Positions 13,101 to 27,290 of a DNA stretch of 48,142 bases are shown in pieces. The notes beneath the pieces were generated by a model, which was not told the DNA's origin, searched no databases, and saw only the letters and a list, made by a program, of their open reading frames with translations. Origin of the DNA: Azolla caroliniana (taxonomy: Eukaryota; Plantae; Polypodiophyta). Position numbers and translations under genes: made by a program. The number at the start of each line of letters is the position of its first letter. Position 1 is the stretch's first letter. The stretch covers positions 1-48,142 of the forward strand of contig JBHGNT010000229.1 of assembly GCA_043228905.1 (NCBI GenBank). The letters run 5' to 3'.

Positions 13101-16100
13101 CAAGATTTTGAAAGTCAGGTCGAGAGACATGACGAAATTAGCAAACTTGAGGAGGGAGTTGTGAAGAGCCAGTAGGTAAATTAAAATATTCATACCTGGC
13201 TCGTGTCAAATCGGATTTATGTGTTCAAACATGCGAATCGAAGCTAACAACGCTAACTATGATATGGAATTAAAAAATCAAGATTCTGAAACTCAGGTTG
13301 AGAGAGATGACGAAATTAGCAAACTTGGGGAGGGAGTTGAGAGGAGCCCTTGAGTAAATTAAAAGGCTCATACCTGGCTCGTATGATATTGGATTTTTGT
13401 GTTCAAACATGCGAATCAAAGCTAACAATGCTAGCTATGATATTGAATTTAAAAATCGAGATTTTGAAACTTAGGTCGAGAGACATGACGAAATTACCAA
13501 ATTCGAGGATGGAGTTGAGAAAAGCTACGAGGTAAATTAAAATGTTCATACCTGGCTCCTGTGATATCGGATTTACATGTTGAAACATGCGAATCGAAGC
13601 TAACAACGCTAGCTATGATATGGAATTAAAAAATCAAGATTTTGAAACTCAGGTCGAGAGACATGACGAAATTAGCAAACTTGAGGAGGGAGTTGAGAGG
13701 AGCCCTTGAGTAAATTAAAATGTTCATACCTGGGTCGTGTGATATCGGATTTTTGTGTTCAAACATGCCAATCGAAGCTAACAACGCTAGCTGTGATATG
13801 GAATTAAAAAATCAAGATTTTGAAACTCAGGTCAAGAGAAATGACGAAATTACCAAATTGGAGGAGGGAGTTGAGAAGAGCTAGGAGGTAAATTTAAATG
13901 TTCATACCTGGTTCGTGTCATATCGGATTTATGTGTTCAAACATGCGAATCCAAGGTAACAACGCTAGCTATGATATGGAATTAAAAAATCAAGATTTTG
14001 AAACTCAGGTCGAGAGACATGACGAGAATAGCAAACTTGAGGAGGGAGATGAGAGGAGCCCTTGAGTAAATTAAAATGTTCATACCTGGCTCGTGTGATA
14101 TCGGATTTTTGTGTTCAAACATGCCAATCGAAGCTAACAACGCTAGCTGTGATATGGAATTCAAAAATCAAGATTTTGAAACTCAGATCGAGAGAAATGA
14201 CGAAAATAGCAAACTTGAGGAGGGAGTTCAGAGGAGCCTTTGAGTAAATTATAATGTTCACACCTGGCTCGTGTTATATCGGATTTTTATGTTCAAACGT
14301 GCGAATCGAAGCTAACAACGCTAGCTATGATATGGAATTTAAAAATCAAGACTTTGAAACTAAGGTCGAGAGACATGATGAAATTAGCAAAATCGAGAAG
14401 GTAGTTGAGAAGAGCGAGAAGGTAAATTTAAATGTTCATACCTGGTTCGTGTCATATCGGATTTATGTGTTCAAACATGCGAATCGAAGCTAACAACGCT
14501 AGCTATGATATGGAATTAAAAAATCAAGATTTTGAAACTCAGGTCGAGAGACATGACGAAAATAGCAAACTTGAGGAGGGAGTTGAGAGGAGCCCTTGAG
14601 TAAATTAAAATAATCATACCACGCTCGTGTGATATCGGATTTTTGTGTTCAAACATGCGAATCGAAGCTAACAACGCTAGCTATGATAGCGAATTAAAAA
14701 ATCAAGACTTTGAAAGTCAGGTCGAGAGACATGACGAAATTAGCAAACTTAAGGAGGGAGTTGAGAGGAGCCCTTGAGTAAATTAAAACGTTCATACCTG
14801 GCTCGTGTGATATCGGATTTTTGTGTTCAAACATGCAAATCAAAGCTAACAACGCTAGCTATGATATGGAATTAAAAAATCAAGATTTTGAAACTCAGGT
14901 CGAGAGACATGACGAAAATAGCAAACTTGAGGAGGGAGTTGAGAGGAGCCCTTGAGTAAATTAAACTGTTCATACCTGGCTCGTGTGATATCGGATTTTT
15001 GTGTTCAAACATGCGAATCGAAGCTAACAACGCGAGCTATGATATGGAATTTTAGGAGTGAGTTGAGAAGAGCTAGTAGGTAAATTAAAATGTTCATACC
15101 TGGTTCGTGTCATATCGGATTTATGTGTTCAAACATGCGAATCGAAGCTAACAACGCTAGCTATGATATGGAATTAAAAAATCAAGATTTTGAAACTCAG
15201 GTCGAGAGACATGACGAAATTAGCAAACTTGAGGAGGGAGTTGAGAGGAGCCCTTGAGTAAATTAAAATGTTCATACCTGGCTCCTGTGATATCGGATTT
15301 TTGTGTTCAAGCATGCGAATCGAAGGTAACAACGCTAGCTATGATATGGACTTAAAAAATCAAGATTTTGAAACTCAGGTCGAGAGACATGACGAAATTA
15401 GCAAACTTGAGGAGGGAGTTGAGAGGAGCCCTTGAGTAAATTAAAATGTTCATACCTGGTTCGTGTCATATCGAATTTATGTGTTCACACATGCCAATCG
15501 AAGCTAACAACGCTAGCTGTGATATGGAATTTAAAAATGAAGATTTTGAAACTCAGGTCGAGAGAAATTACGAAATTAGCAAATTGGAGGAGGGAGTTGA
15601 GAAGAGCTAGGAGGTAAATTTAAATGTTCATACCTGGTTCGTGTCATATCGGATTTATGTGTTCAAACATGCGAATCGAAGCTAACAACGCTAGCTATGA
15701 TATGGAATTAAAAAATCAAAATTTTGAAACTCAGGTCGAGAGACATGACGAAATTAGCAAACTTGAGGAGGGAGTTGAGAGGAGCCCTTGAGTAAATTAA
15801 AACGTTCATACCTGGCTCGTGTGATATCGGATTTTTGTGTTCAAACATGCGAATCGAAGCTAACAATGCTAGCTATGATATGGAATTAGAAAAATCAAGA
15901 TTTTGAAAGTCAGGTCGAGAGACATGACGAAATTAGCAAACTTGAGGAGGGAGTTGTGAAGAGCCAGTAGGTAAATTAAAATATTCATACCTGGCTCGTG
16001 TCAAATCGGATTTATGTGTTCAAACATGCGAATCGAAGCTAACAACGCTAACTATGATATGGAATTAAAAAATCAAGATTCTGAAACTCAGGTTGAGAGA

Positions 16101-19100
16101 GATGACGAAATTAGCAAACTTGGGGAGGGAGTTGAGAGGAGCCCTTGAGTAAATTAAAAGGCTCATACCTGGCTCGTATGATATTGGATTTTTGTGTTCA
16201 AACATGCGAATCAAAGCTAACAATGCTAGCTATGATATTGAATTTAAAAATCGAGATTTTGAAACTTAGGTCGAGAGACATGACGAAATTACCAAATTCG
16301 AGGATGGAGTTGAGAAAAGCTACGAGGTAAATTAAAATGTTCATACCTGGCTCCTGTGATATCGGATTTACATGTTGAAACATGCGAATCGAAGCTAACA
16401 ACGCTAGCTATGATATGGAATTAAAAAATCAAGATTTTGAAACTCAGGTCGAGAGACATGACGAAATTAGCAAACTTGAGGAGGGAGTTGAGAGGAGCCC
16501 TTGAGTAAATTAAAATGTTCATACCTGGGTCGTGTGATATCGGATTTTTGTGTTCAAACATGCCAATCGAAGCTAACAACGCTAGCTGTGATATGGAATT
16601 AAAAAATCAAGATTTTGAAACTCAGGTCAAGAGAAATGACGAAATTACCAAATTGGAGGAGGGAGTTGAGAAGAGCTAGGAGGTAAATTTAAATGTTCAT
16701 ACCTGGTTCGTGTCATATCGGATTTATGTGTTCAAACATGCGAATCCAAGGTAACAACGCTAGCTATGATATGGAATTAAAAAATCAAGATTTTGAAACT
16801 CAGGTCGAGAGACATGACGAGAATAGCAAACTTGAGGAGGGAGATGAGAGGAGCCCTTGAGTAAATTAAAATGTTCATACCTGGCTCGTGTGATATCGGA
16901 TTTTTGTGTTCAAACATGCCAATCGAAGCTAACAACGCTAGCTGTGATATGGAATTCAAAAATCAAGATTTTGAAACTCAGATCGAGAGAAATGACGAAA
17001 ATAGCAAACTTGAGGAGGGAGTTCAGAGGAGCCTTTGAGTAAATTATAATGTTCACACCTGGCTCGTGTTATATCGGATTTTTATGTTCAAACGTGCGAA
17101 TCGAAGCTAACAACGCTAGCTATGATATGGAATTTAAAAATCAAGACTTTGAAACTAAGGTCGAGAGACATGATGAAATTAGCAAAATCGAGAAGGTAGT
17201 TGAGAAGAGCGAGAAGGTAAATTTAAATGTTCATACCTGGTTCGTGTCATATCGGATTTATGTGTTCAAACATGCGAATCGAAGCTAACAACGCTAGCTA
17301 TGATATGGAATTAAAAAATCAAGATTTTGAAACTCAGGTCGAGAGACATGACGAAAATAGCAAACTTGAGGAGGGAGTTGAGAGGAGCCCTTGAGTAAAT
17401 TAAAATAATCATACCACGCTCGTGTGATATCGGATTTTTGTGTTCAAACATGCGAATCGAAGCTAACAACGCTAGCTATGATAGCGAATTAAAAAATCAA
17501 GACTTTGAAAGTCAGGTCGAGAGACATGACGAAATTAGCAAACTTAAGGAGGGAGTTGAGAGGAGCCCTTGAGTAAATTAAAACGTTCATACCTGGCTCG
17601 TGTGATATCGGATTTTTGTGTTCAAACATGCAAATCAAAGCTAACAACGCTAGCTATGATATGGAATTAAAAAATCAAGATTTTGAAACTCAGGTCGAGA
17701 GACATGACGAAAATAGCAAACTTGAGGAGGGAGTTGAGAGGAGCCCTTGAGTAAATTAAACTGTTCATACCTGGCTCGTGTGATATCGGATTTTTGTGTT
17801 CAAACATGCGAATCGAAGCTAACAACGCGAGCTATGATATGGAATTTTAGGAGTGAGTTGAGAAGAGCTAGTAGGTAAATTAAAATGTTCATACCTGGTT
17901 CGTGTCATATCGGATTTATGTGTTCAAACATGCGAATCGAAGCTAACAACGCTAGCTATGATATGGAATTAAAAAATCAAGATTTTGAAACTCAGGTCGA
18001 GAGACATGACGAAATTAGCAAACTTGAGGAGGGAGTTGAGAGGAGCCCTTGAGTAAATTAAAATGTTCATACCTGGCTCCTGTGATATCGGATTTTTGTG
18101 TTCAAGCATGCGAATCGAAGGTAACAACGCTAGCTATGATATGGACTTAAAAAATCAAGATTTTGAAACTCAGGTCGAGAGACATGACGAAATTAGCAAA
18201 CTTGAGGAGGGAGTTGAGAGGAGCCCTTGAGTAAATTAAAATGTTCATACCTGGTTCGTGTCATATCGAATTTATGTGTTCACACATGCCAATCGAAGCT
18301 AACAACGCTAGCTGTGATATGGAATTTAAAAATGAAGATTTTGAAACTCAGGTCGAGAGAAATTACGAAATTAGCAAATTGGAGGAGGGAGTTGAGAAGA
18401 GCTAGGAGGTAAATTTAAATGTTCATACCTGGTTCGTGTCATATCGGATTTATGTGTTCAAACATGCGAATCGAAGCTAACAACGCTAGCTATGATATGG
18501 AATTAAAAAATCAAAATTTTGAAACTCAGGTCGAGAGACATGACGAAATTAGCAAACTTGAGGAGGGAGTTGAGAGGAGCCCTTGAGTAAATTAAAACGT
18601 TCATACCTGGCTCGTGTGATATCGGATTTTTGTGTTCAAACATGCAAATCAAAGCTAACAACGCTAGCTATGATATGGAATTAAAAAATCAAGATTTTGA
18701 AACTCAGGTCGAGAGACAGGACGAAAATAGCAAACTTGAGGAGGGAGTTGAGAGGAGCCCTTGAGTAAATTAAACTGTTCATACCTGGCTCGTGTGATAT
18801 CGGATTTTTGTGTTCAAACATGCGAATCGAAGCTAACAACGCGAGCTATGATATGGAATTTTAGGAGTGAGTTGAGAAGAGCTAGTAGGTAAATTAAAAT
18901 GTTCATACCTGGTTCGTGTCATATCGGATTTATGTGTTCAAACATGCGAATCGAAGCTAACAACGCTAGCTATGATATGGAATTAAAAAATCAAGATTTT
19001 GAAACTCAGGTCGAGAGACATGACGAAATTAGCAAACTTGAGGAGGGAGTTGAGAGGAGCCCTTGAGTAAATTAAAATGTTCATACCTGGCTCCTGTGAT

Positions 19101-22100
19101 ATCGAATTTTTGTGTTCAAGCATGCGAATCGAAGGTAACAACGCTAGCTATGATATGGACTTAAAAAATCAAGATTTTGAAACTCAGGTCGAGAGACATG
19201 ACGAAATTAGCAAACTTGAGGAGGGAGTTGAGAGGAGCCCTTGAGTAAATTAAAATGTTCATACCTGGTTCGTGTCATATCGGATTTATGTGTTCACACA
19301 TGCCAATCGAAGCTAACAACGCTAGCTGTGATATGGAATTTAAAAATGAAGATTTTGAAACTCAGGTCGAGAGAAATTACGAAATTAGCAAATTTGAGGA
19401 GGGAGTTGAGAAGAGCTAGGAGGTAAATTTAAATGTTCATACCTGGTTCGTGTCATATCGTATTTATGTGTTCAAACATGCGAATCGAAGCTAACAACGC
19501 TAGCTATGATATGGAATTAAAAAATCAAAATTTTGAAACTCAGGTCGAGAGACATGACGAAATTAGCAAACTTGAGGAGGGAGTTGAGAGGAGCCCTTGA
19601 GTAAATTAAAACGTTCATACCTGGCTCGTGTGATATCGGATTTTTGTGTTCAAACATGCAAATCAAAGCTAACAACGCTAGCTATGATATGGAATTAAAA
19701 AATCAAGATTTTGAAACTCAGGTCGAGAGACAGGACGAAAATAGCAAACTTGAGGAGGGAGTTGAGAGGAGCCCTTGAGTAAATTAAACTGTTCATACCT
19801 GGCTCGTGTGATATCGGATTTTTGTGTTCAAACATGCGAATCGATGCTAACAACGCGAGCTATGATATGGAATTTTAGGAGTGAGTTGAGAAGAGCTAGT
19901 AGGTAAATTAAAATGTTCATACCTGGTTCGTGTCATATCGGATTTATGTGTTCAAACATGTGAATCGAAGCTAACAACGCTAGCTATGATATGGAATTAA
20001 AAAATCAAGATTTTGAAACTCAGGTCGAGAGACATGACGAAATTAGCAAACTTGAGGAGGGAGTTGAGAGGAGCCCTTGAGTAAATTAAAATGTTCATAC
20101 CTGGGTCGTGTGATATCGGATTTTTGTGTTCAAACATGCCAATCGAAGCTAACAACGCTAGCTGTGATATGGAATTAAAAAATCAAGATTTTGAAACTCA
20201 GGTCAAGAGAAATGACGAAATTACCAAATTGGAGGAGGGAGTTGAGAAGAGCTAGGAGGTAAATTTAAATGTTCATACCTGGTTCGTGTCATATCGGATT
20301 TATGTGTTCAAACATGCGAATCCAAGGTAACAACGCTAGCTATGATATGGAATTAAAAAATCAAGATTTTGAAACTCAGGTCGAGAGACATGACGAGAAT
20401 AGCAAACTTGAGGAGGGAGATGAGAGGAGCCCTTGAGTAAATTAAAATGTTCATACCTGGCTCGTGTGATATCGGATTTTTGTGTTCAAACATGCCAATC
20501 GAAGCTAACAACGCTAGCTGTGATATGGAATTCAAAAATCAAGATTTTGAAACTCAGATCGAGAGAAATGACGAAAATAGCAAACTTGAGGAGGGAGTTC
20601 AGAGGAGCCTTTGAGTAAATTATAATGTTCACACCTGGCTCGTGTTATATCGGATTTTTATGTTCAAACGTGCGAATCGAAGCTAACAACGCTAGCTATG
20701 ATATGGAATTTAAAAATCAAGACTTTGAAACTAAGGTCGAGAGACATGATGAAATTAGCAAAATCGAGAAGGTAGTTGAGAAGAGCGAGAAGGTAAATTT
20801 AAATGTTCATACCTGGTTCGTGTCATATCGGATTTATGTGTTCAAACATGCGAATCGAAGCTAACAACGCTAGCTATGATATGGAATTAAAAAATCAAGA
20901 TTTTGAAACTCAGGTCGAGAGACATGACGAAAATAGCAAACTTGAGGAGGGAGTTGAGAGGAGCCCTTGAGTAAATTAAAATAATCATACCACGCTCGTG
21001 TGATATCGGATTTTTGTGTTCAAACATGCGAATCGAAGCTAACAACGCTAGCTATGATAGCGAATTAAAAAATCAAGACTTTGAAAGTCAGGTCGAGAGA
21101 CATGACGAAATTAGCAAACTTAAGGAGGGAGTTGAGAGGAGCCCTTGAGTAAATTAAAACGTTCATACCTGGCTCGTGTGATATCGGATTTTTGTGTTCA
21201 AACATGCAAATCAAAGCTAACAACGCTAGCTATGATATGGAATTAAAAAATCAAGATTTTGAAACTCAGGTCGAGAGACATGACGAAAATAGCAAACTTG
21301 AGGAGGGAGTTGAGAGGAGCCCTTGAGTAAATTAAACTGTTCATACCTGGCTCGTGTGATATCGGATTTTTGTGTTCAAACATGCGAATCGAAGCTAACA
21401 ACGCGAGCTATGATATGGAATTTTAGGAGTGAGTTGAGAAGAGCTAGTAGGTAAATTAAAATGTTCATACCTGGTTCGTGTCATATCGGATTTATGTGTT
21501 CAAACATGCGAATCGAAGCTAACAACGCTAGCTATGATATGGAATTAAAAAATCAAGATTTTGAAACTCAGGTCGAGAGACATGACGAAATTAGCAAACT
21601 TGAGGAGGGAGTTGAGAGGAGCCCTTGAGTAAATTAAAATGTTCATACCTGGCTCCTGTGATATCGGATTTTTGTGTTCAAGCATGCGAATCGAAGGTAA
21701 CAACGCTAGCTATGATATGGACTTAAAAAATCAAGATTTTGAAACTCAGGTCGAGAGACATGACGAAATAAGCAAACTTGAGGAGGGAGTTGAGAGGAGC
21801 CCTTGAGTAAATTAAAATGTTCATACCTGGTTCGTGTCATATCGGATTTATGTGTTCACACATGCCAATCGAAGCTAACAACGCTAGCTGTGATATGGAA
21901 TTTAAAAATGAAGATTTTGAAACTCAGGTCGAGAGAAATTACGAAATTAGCAAATTTGAGGAGGGAGTTGAGAAGAGCTAGGAGGTAAATTTAAATGTTC
22001 ATACCTGGTTCGTGTCATATCGGATTTATGTGTTCAAACATGCGAATCGAAGCTAACAACGCTAGCTATGATATGGAATTAAAAAATCAAAATTTTGAAA

Positions 22101-25100
22101 CTCAGGTCGAGAGACATGACGAAATTAGCAAACTTGAGGAGGGAGTTGAGAGGAGCCCTTGAGTAAATTAAAACGTTCATACCTGGCTCGTGTGATATCG
22201 GATTTTTGTGTTCAAACATGCAAATCAAAGCTAACAACGCTAGCTATGATATGGAATTAAAAAATCAAGATTTTGAAACTCAGGTCGAGAGACAGGACGA
22301 AAATAGCAAACTTGAGGAGGGAGTTGAGAGGAGCCCTTGAGTAAATTAAACTGTTCATACCTGGCTCGTGTGATATCGGATTTTTGTGTTCAAACATGCG
22401 AATCGAAGCTAACAACGCGAGCTATGATATGGAATTTTAGGAGTGAGTTGAGAAGAGCTAGTAGGTAAATTAAAATGTTCATACCTGGTTCGTGTCATAT
22501 TGGATTTATGTGTTCAAACATGTGAATCGAAGCTAACAACGCTAGCTATGATATGGAATTAAAAAATCAAGATTTTGAAACTCAGGTCGAGAGACATGAC
22601 GAAATTAGCAAACTTGAGGAGGGAGTTGAGAGGAGCCCTTGAGTAAATTAAAATGTTCATACCTGGCTCCTGTGATATCGGATTTTTGTGTTCAAGCATG
22701 CGAATCGAAGGTAACAACGCTAGCTATGATATGGACTTAAAAAATCAAGATTTTGAAACTCAGGTCGAGAGACATGACGAAATTAGCAAACTTGAGGAGG
22801 GAGTTGAGAGGAGCCCTTGAGTAAATTAAAATGTTCATACCTGGTTCGTGTCATATCGGATTTATGTGTTCAAACATGCCAATCGAAGCTAACAACGCTA
22901 GCTGTGATATGGAATTTAAAAATGAAGATTTTGAAACTCAGGTCGAGAGAAATTACGAAATTAGCAAATTTGAGGAGGGAGTTGAGAAGAGCTAGGAGGT
23001 AAATTTAAATGTTCATACCTGGTTCGTGTCATATCGGATTTATGTGTTCAAACATGCGAATCGAAGCTAACAACGCTAGCTATGATATGGAATTAAAAAA
23101 TCAAGATTTTGAAACTCAGGTCGAGAGACATGACGAAATTAGCAAACTTGAGGAGGGAGTTGAGAGGAGCCCTTGAGTAAATTAAAACGTTCATACCTGG
23201 CTCGTGTGATATCGGATTTTTGTGTTCAAACATGCAAATCAAAGCTAACAACGCTAGCTATGATATGGAATTAAAAAATCAAGATTTTGAAACTCAGGTC
23301 GAGAGACAGGACGAAAATAGCAAACTTGAGGAGGGAGTTGAGAGGAGCCCTTGAGTAAATTAAACTGTTCATACCTGGCTCGTGTGATATCGGATTTTTG
23401 TGTTCAAACATGCGAATCGAAGCTAACAACGCGAGCTATGATATTGAATTGAAAAATCAAGATTTTGAAACTCAGGTCGAGAGACATGACGAAATTACCA
23501 AATTCGAGGAGGGAGTTGAGAAAAGCTAGGAGGTAAATTAAAATGTTCATACCTGGATCGTGTCATTTCGGATTTATGTGTTCAAACATGCAAATCGAAG
23601 CTAACAACGCTAGCTATGATATGGAATTAAAAAATCAAGATTTTGAAACTCAGGTCGAGAGACATGACGAAAATAGCAAACTTGAGGAGGGAGTTGATAG
23701 GAGCCCTTGAGTAAATTAAACTGTTCATACCTGGCTCGTGTGATATCGGATTTTTGTGTTCAAACATGCGAATCGAAGCTAACAACGCGAGCTATGATAT
23801 TGAATTGAAAAATCAAGATTTTGAAACTCAGGTCGAGAGACATGACGAAATTACCAAATTCGAGGAGGGAGTTGAGAAAAGCTAGGAGGTAAATTAAAAT
23901 GTTCATACCTGGATCGTGTCATATCGGATTTATGTGTTCAAACATGCAAATCGAAGCTAACAACGCTAGCTATGATATGGAATTAAAAAATCAAGATTTT
24001 GAAACTCAGGTCGAGAGACATGACGAAAATAGCAAACTTGAGGAGGGAGTTGAGAGGAGCCCTTGAGTAAATTAAACTGTTCATACCTGGCTCGTGTGAT
24101 ATCGGATTTTTGTGTTCAAACATGCGAATCGAAGCTAACAACGCGAGCTATGATATGGAATTTAAAAATCTAGATTTCGAAACTCAGGTCCAGAGACATG
24201 ACGAAATTAGCAAACTCGAGGAGGGAGTTTAGAAGAGCTAGTACGTAAATTAAAATGTTCATACCTGGCTCGTGTGATATCGGATTTTTGTGTTCAAACA
24301 TGCGAATCGAAGCTAACAATGCTAGCTATGATATGGAATTAGAAAAATCAAGATTTTGAAAGTCAGGTCGAGAGACATGACGAAATTAGCAAACTTGAGG
24401 AGGGAGTTGAGAAGAGCCAGTAGGTAAATTAAAATATTCATACCTGGCTCGTGTCAAATCGGATTTATGTGTTCAAACATGCGAATCGAAGCTAACAACG
24501 CTAACTATGATATGGAATTAAAAAATCAAGATTCTGAAACTCAGGTTGAGAGAGATGACGAAATTAGCAAACTTGGGGAGGGAGTTGAGAGGAGCCCTTG
24601 AGTAAATTAAAAGGCTCATACCTGGCTCGTATGATATTGGATTTTTGTGTTCAAACATGCGAATCAAAGCTAACAATGCTAGCTATGATATTGAATTTAA
24701 AAATCGAGATTTTGAAACTTAGGTCGAGAGACATGACGAAATTACCAAATTCGAGGATGGAGTTGAGAAAAGCTACGAGGTAAATTAAAATGTTCATACC
24801 TGGCTCCTGTGATATCGGATTTACATGTTGAAACATGCGAATCGAAGCTAACAACGCTAGCTATGATATGGAATTAAAAAATCAAGATTTTGAAACTCAG
24901 GTCGAGAGACATGACGAAATTAGCAAACTTGAGGAGGGAGTTGAGAGGAGCCCTTGAGTAAATTAAAATGTTCATACCTGGGTCGTGTGATATCGGATTT
25001 TTGTGTTCAAACATGCCAATCGAAGCTAACAACGCTAGCTGTGATATGGAATTAAAAAATCAAGATTTTGAAACTCAGGTCAAGAGAAATGACGAAATTA

Positions 25101-25740
25101 CCAAATTGGAGGAGGGAGTTGAGAAGAGCTAGGAGGTAAATTTAAATGTTCATACCTGGTTCGTGTCATATCGGATTTATGTGTTCAAACATGCGAATCC
25201 AAGGTAACAACGCTAGCTATGATATGGAATTAAAAAATCAAGATTTTGAAACTCAGGTCGAGAGACATGACGAGAATAGCAAACTTGAGGAGGGAGATGA
25301 GAGGAGCCCTTGAGTAAATTAAAATGTTCATACCTGGCTCGTGTGATATCGGATTTTTGTGTTCAAACATGCCAATCGAAGCTAACAACGCTAGCTGTGA
25401 TATGGAATTCAAAAATCAAGATTTTGAAACTCAGATCGAGAGAAATGACGAAAATAGCAAACTTGAGGAGGGAGTTCAGAGGAGCCTTTGAGTAAATTAT
25501 AATGTTCACACCTGGCTCGTGTTATATCGGATTTTTATGTTCAAACGTGCGAATCGAAGCTAACAACGCTAGCTATGATATGGAATTTAAAAATCAAGAC
25601 TTTGAAACTAAGGTCGAGAGACATGATGAAATTAGCAAAATCGAGAAGGTAGTTGAGAAGAGCGAGAAGGTAAATTTAAATGTTCATACCTGGTTCGTGT
25701 CATATCGGATTTATGTGTTCAAACATGCGAATCGAAGCTA
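10200..25740 (+). repeat. HOR domain B: 20-mer (3507 bp) with 16-, 21- and 28-mer variants
   Basis: The marker monomer (TATAATGTTCACACC...AAATCGAGAAGGTAG) recurs at 10747, 14254, 17049, 20625, 25502. Periods: 3507=20x178-54+1, 2795=16x178-54+1, 3576=21x178-3x54, 4877=28x178-2x54+1. Confidence 0.92.
17843..22433 (+). repeat. Nested 1014-bp 6-mer sub-repeat within domain B
   Basis: Deletion junctions GGAATTTTAGGAGTG at 17843, 18857, 19871 and at 21419, 22433 are 1014 bp apart (6x178-54). ORFs 18227/19241 and 21803/22817 show the same spacing. Confidence 0.9.
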
Positions 25741-25799
25741 ACAAAGCTAGCTATGATATGGAATTAAAAAATCAAGATTTTGAAACTCAGGTCGAGAGA

Positions 25800-27290
25800 C
25801 ATGACGAAATTAGCAAACTTGAGGAGGGAGTTGAGAGGAGCCCTTGAGTAAATTAAAATGTTCATACCTGGCTCGTGTGATATCGGATTTTTGTGTTCAA
25901 ACATGCGAATCGAAGCTAACAACGCTAGCTATGATATGGAATTAAAAAATCAAGATTTTGAAACTAAGGTCGAGAGACATGACGAGAATAGCAAACTTGA
26001 GGAGGGAGATGAGAGGAGCCCTTGAGTAAATTAAAATGTTCATACCTGGCTCGTGTGATATCGGATTTTTGTGTTCAAACATGGCGATCGAAGCTAACAA
26101 CACTAGCTGTGATATGGAATTCAAAAATCAAGATTTTGAAACTCAGATCGAGAGAAATGACGAAAATAGCAAATTTGAGGAGGGAGTTGAGAAGAGCTAG
26201 GAGGTAAATTTAAATGTTCATACCTGGTTCGTGTCATATCGCATTTATGTGTTCAAACATGCGAATCGAAGCTAACAACGCTAGCTATGATATGGAATTA
26301 AAAAATCAAGACTTTGAAAGTCAGGTCGAGAGACATGACGAAATTAGCAAACTTGAGGAGGGAGTTGAGAGGAGCCCTTGAGTAAATTAAAATGTTCATA
26401 CCTGGCTCCTGTGATATCGGATTTTTATGTTCAAACATGCGAATCGAAGGTAACAACGCTAGCTATGATATGGAATTTAAAAATCAAGATTTTGAAACTA
26501 AGGTCGAGAGACATGATGAAATTAGCAAAATCGAGAAGGTAGTTGAGAAGAGCCAGAAGGTAAATTTAAATGTTCATACCTGGTTCGTGTCATATCGGAT
26601 TTATGTGTTCAAACATGCGAATCGAAGCTAACAACGCTAGCTATGATATGGAATTAAAAAATCAAGATTTTGAAACTCAGGTCGAGAGACATGACGAAAT
26701 TAGCAAACTTGAGGAGGGAGTTGATAGGAGCCCATGAGTAATTTAAAATGTTCATACCTGGCTCGTGTGATATCGGATTTTTGTGTTCAAACATGCGAAT
26801 CGAAGCTAACAACGCTAGCTATGATATGGAATTAAAAAATCAAGATTTGGAAACTCAGGTCGAGAGACATGACGAGAATAGCAAACTTGAGGAGGGAGAT
26901 GAGAGGAGCCCTTGAGTAAATTAAAATGTTCATACCTGGCTCGTGTGATATCGGATTTTTGTGTTCAAACATGCCGATCGAAGCTAACAACGCTAGTTGT
27001 GATATGGAATTAAAAAATCAAGATTTTGAAACTCAGATCGAGAGAAATGACGAAAATAGCAAATTTGAGGAGGGAGTTGAGAAGAGCTAGGAGGTAAATT
27101 TAAATGTTCATACCTGGTTCGTGTCATATCGGATTTATGTGTTCAAACATGCGAATCGAAGCTAACAACGCTAGCTATGATATGGAATTAAAAAATCAAG
27201 ACTTTGAAAGTCAGGTCGAGAGACATGACGAAATTAGCAAACTTGAGGAGGGAGTTGAGAGGAGCCCTTGAGTAAATTAAAATATTAATA
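25800..27290 (+). repeat. Diverged 5-mer (890 bp) duplication built from domain-B-like monomers
   Basis: GACGAGAATAGC...GGAGATGAG (GAGAATA at 25984 and 26874, 890 apart), each followed by CAGATCGAG and GACTTTGAAAGTC monomers. The second copy is partial and has several SNPs. Confidence 0.7.
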
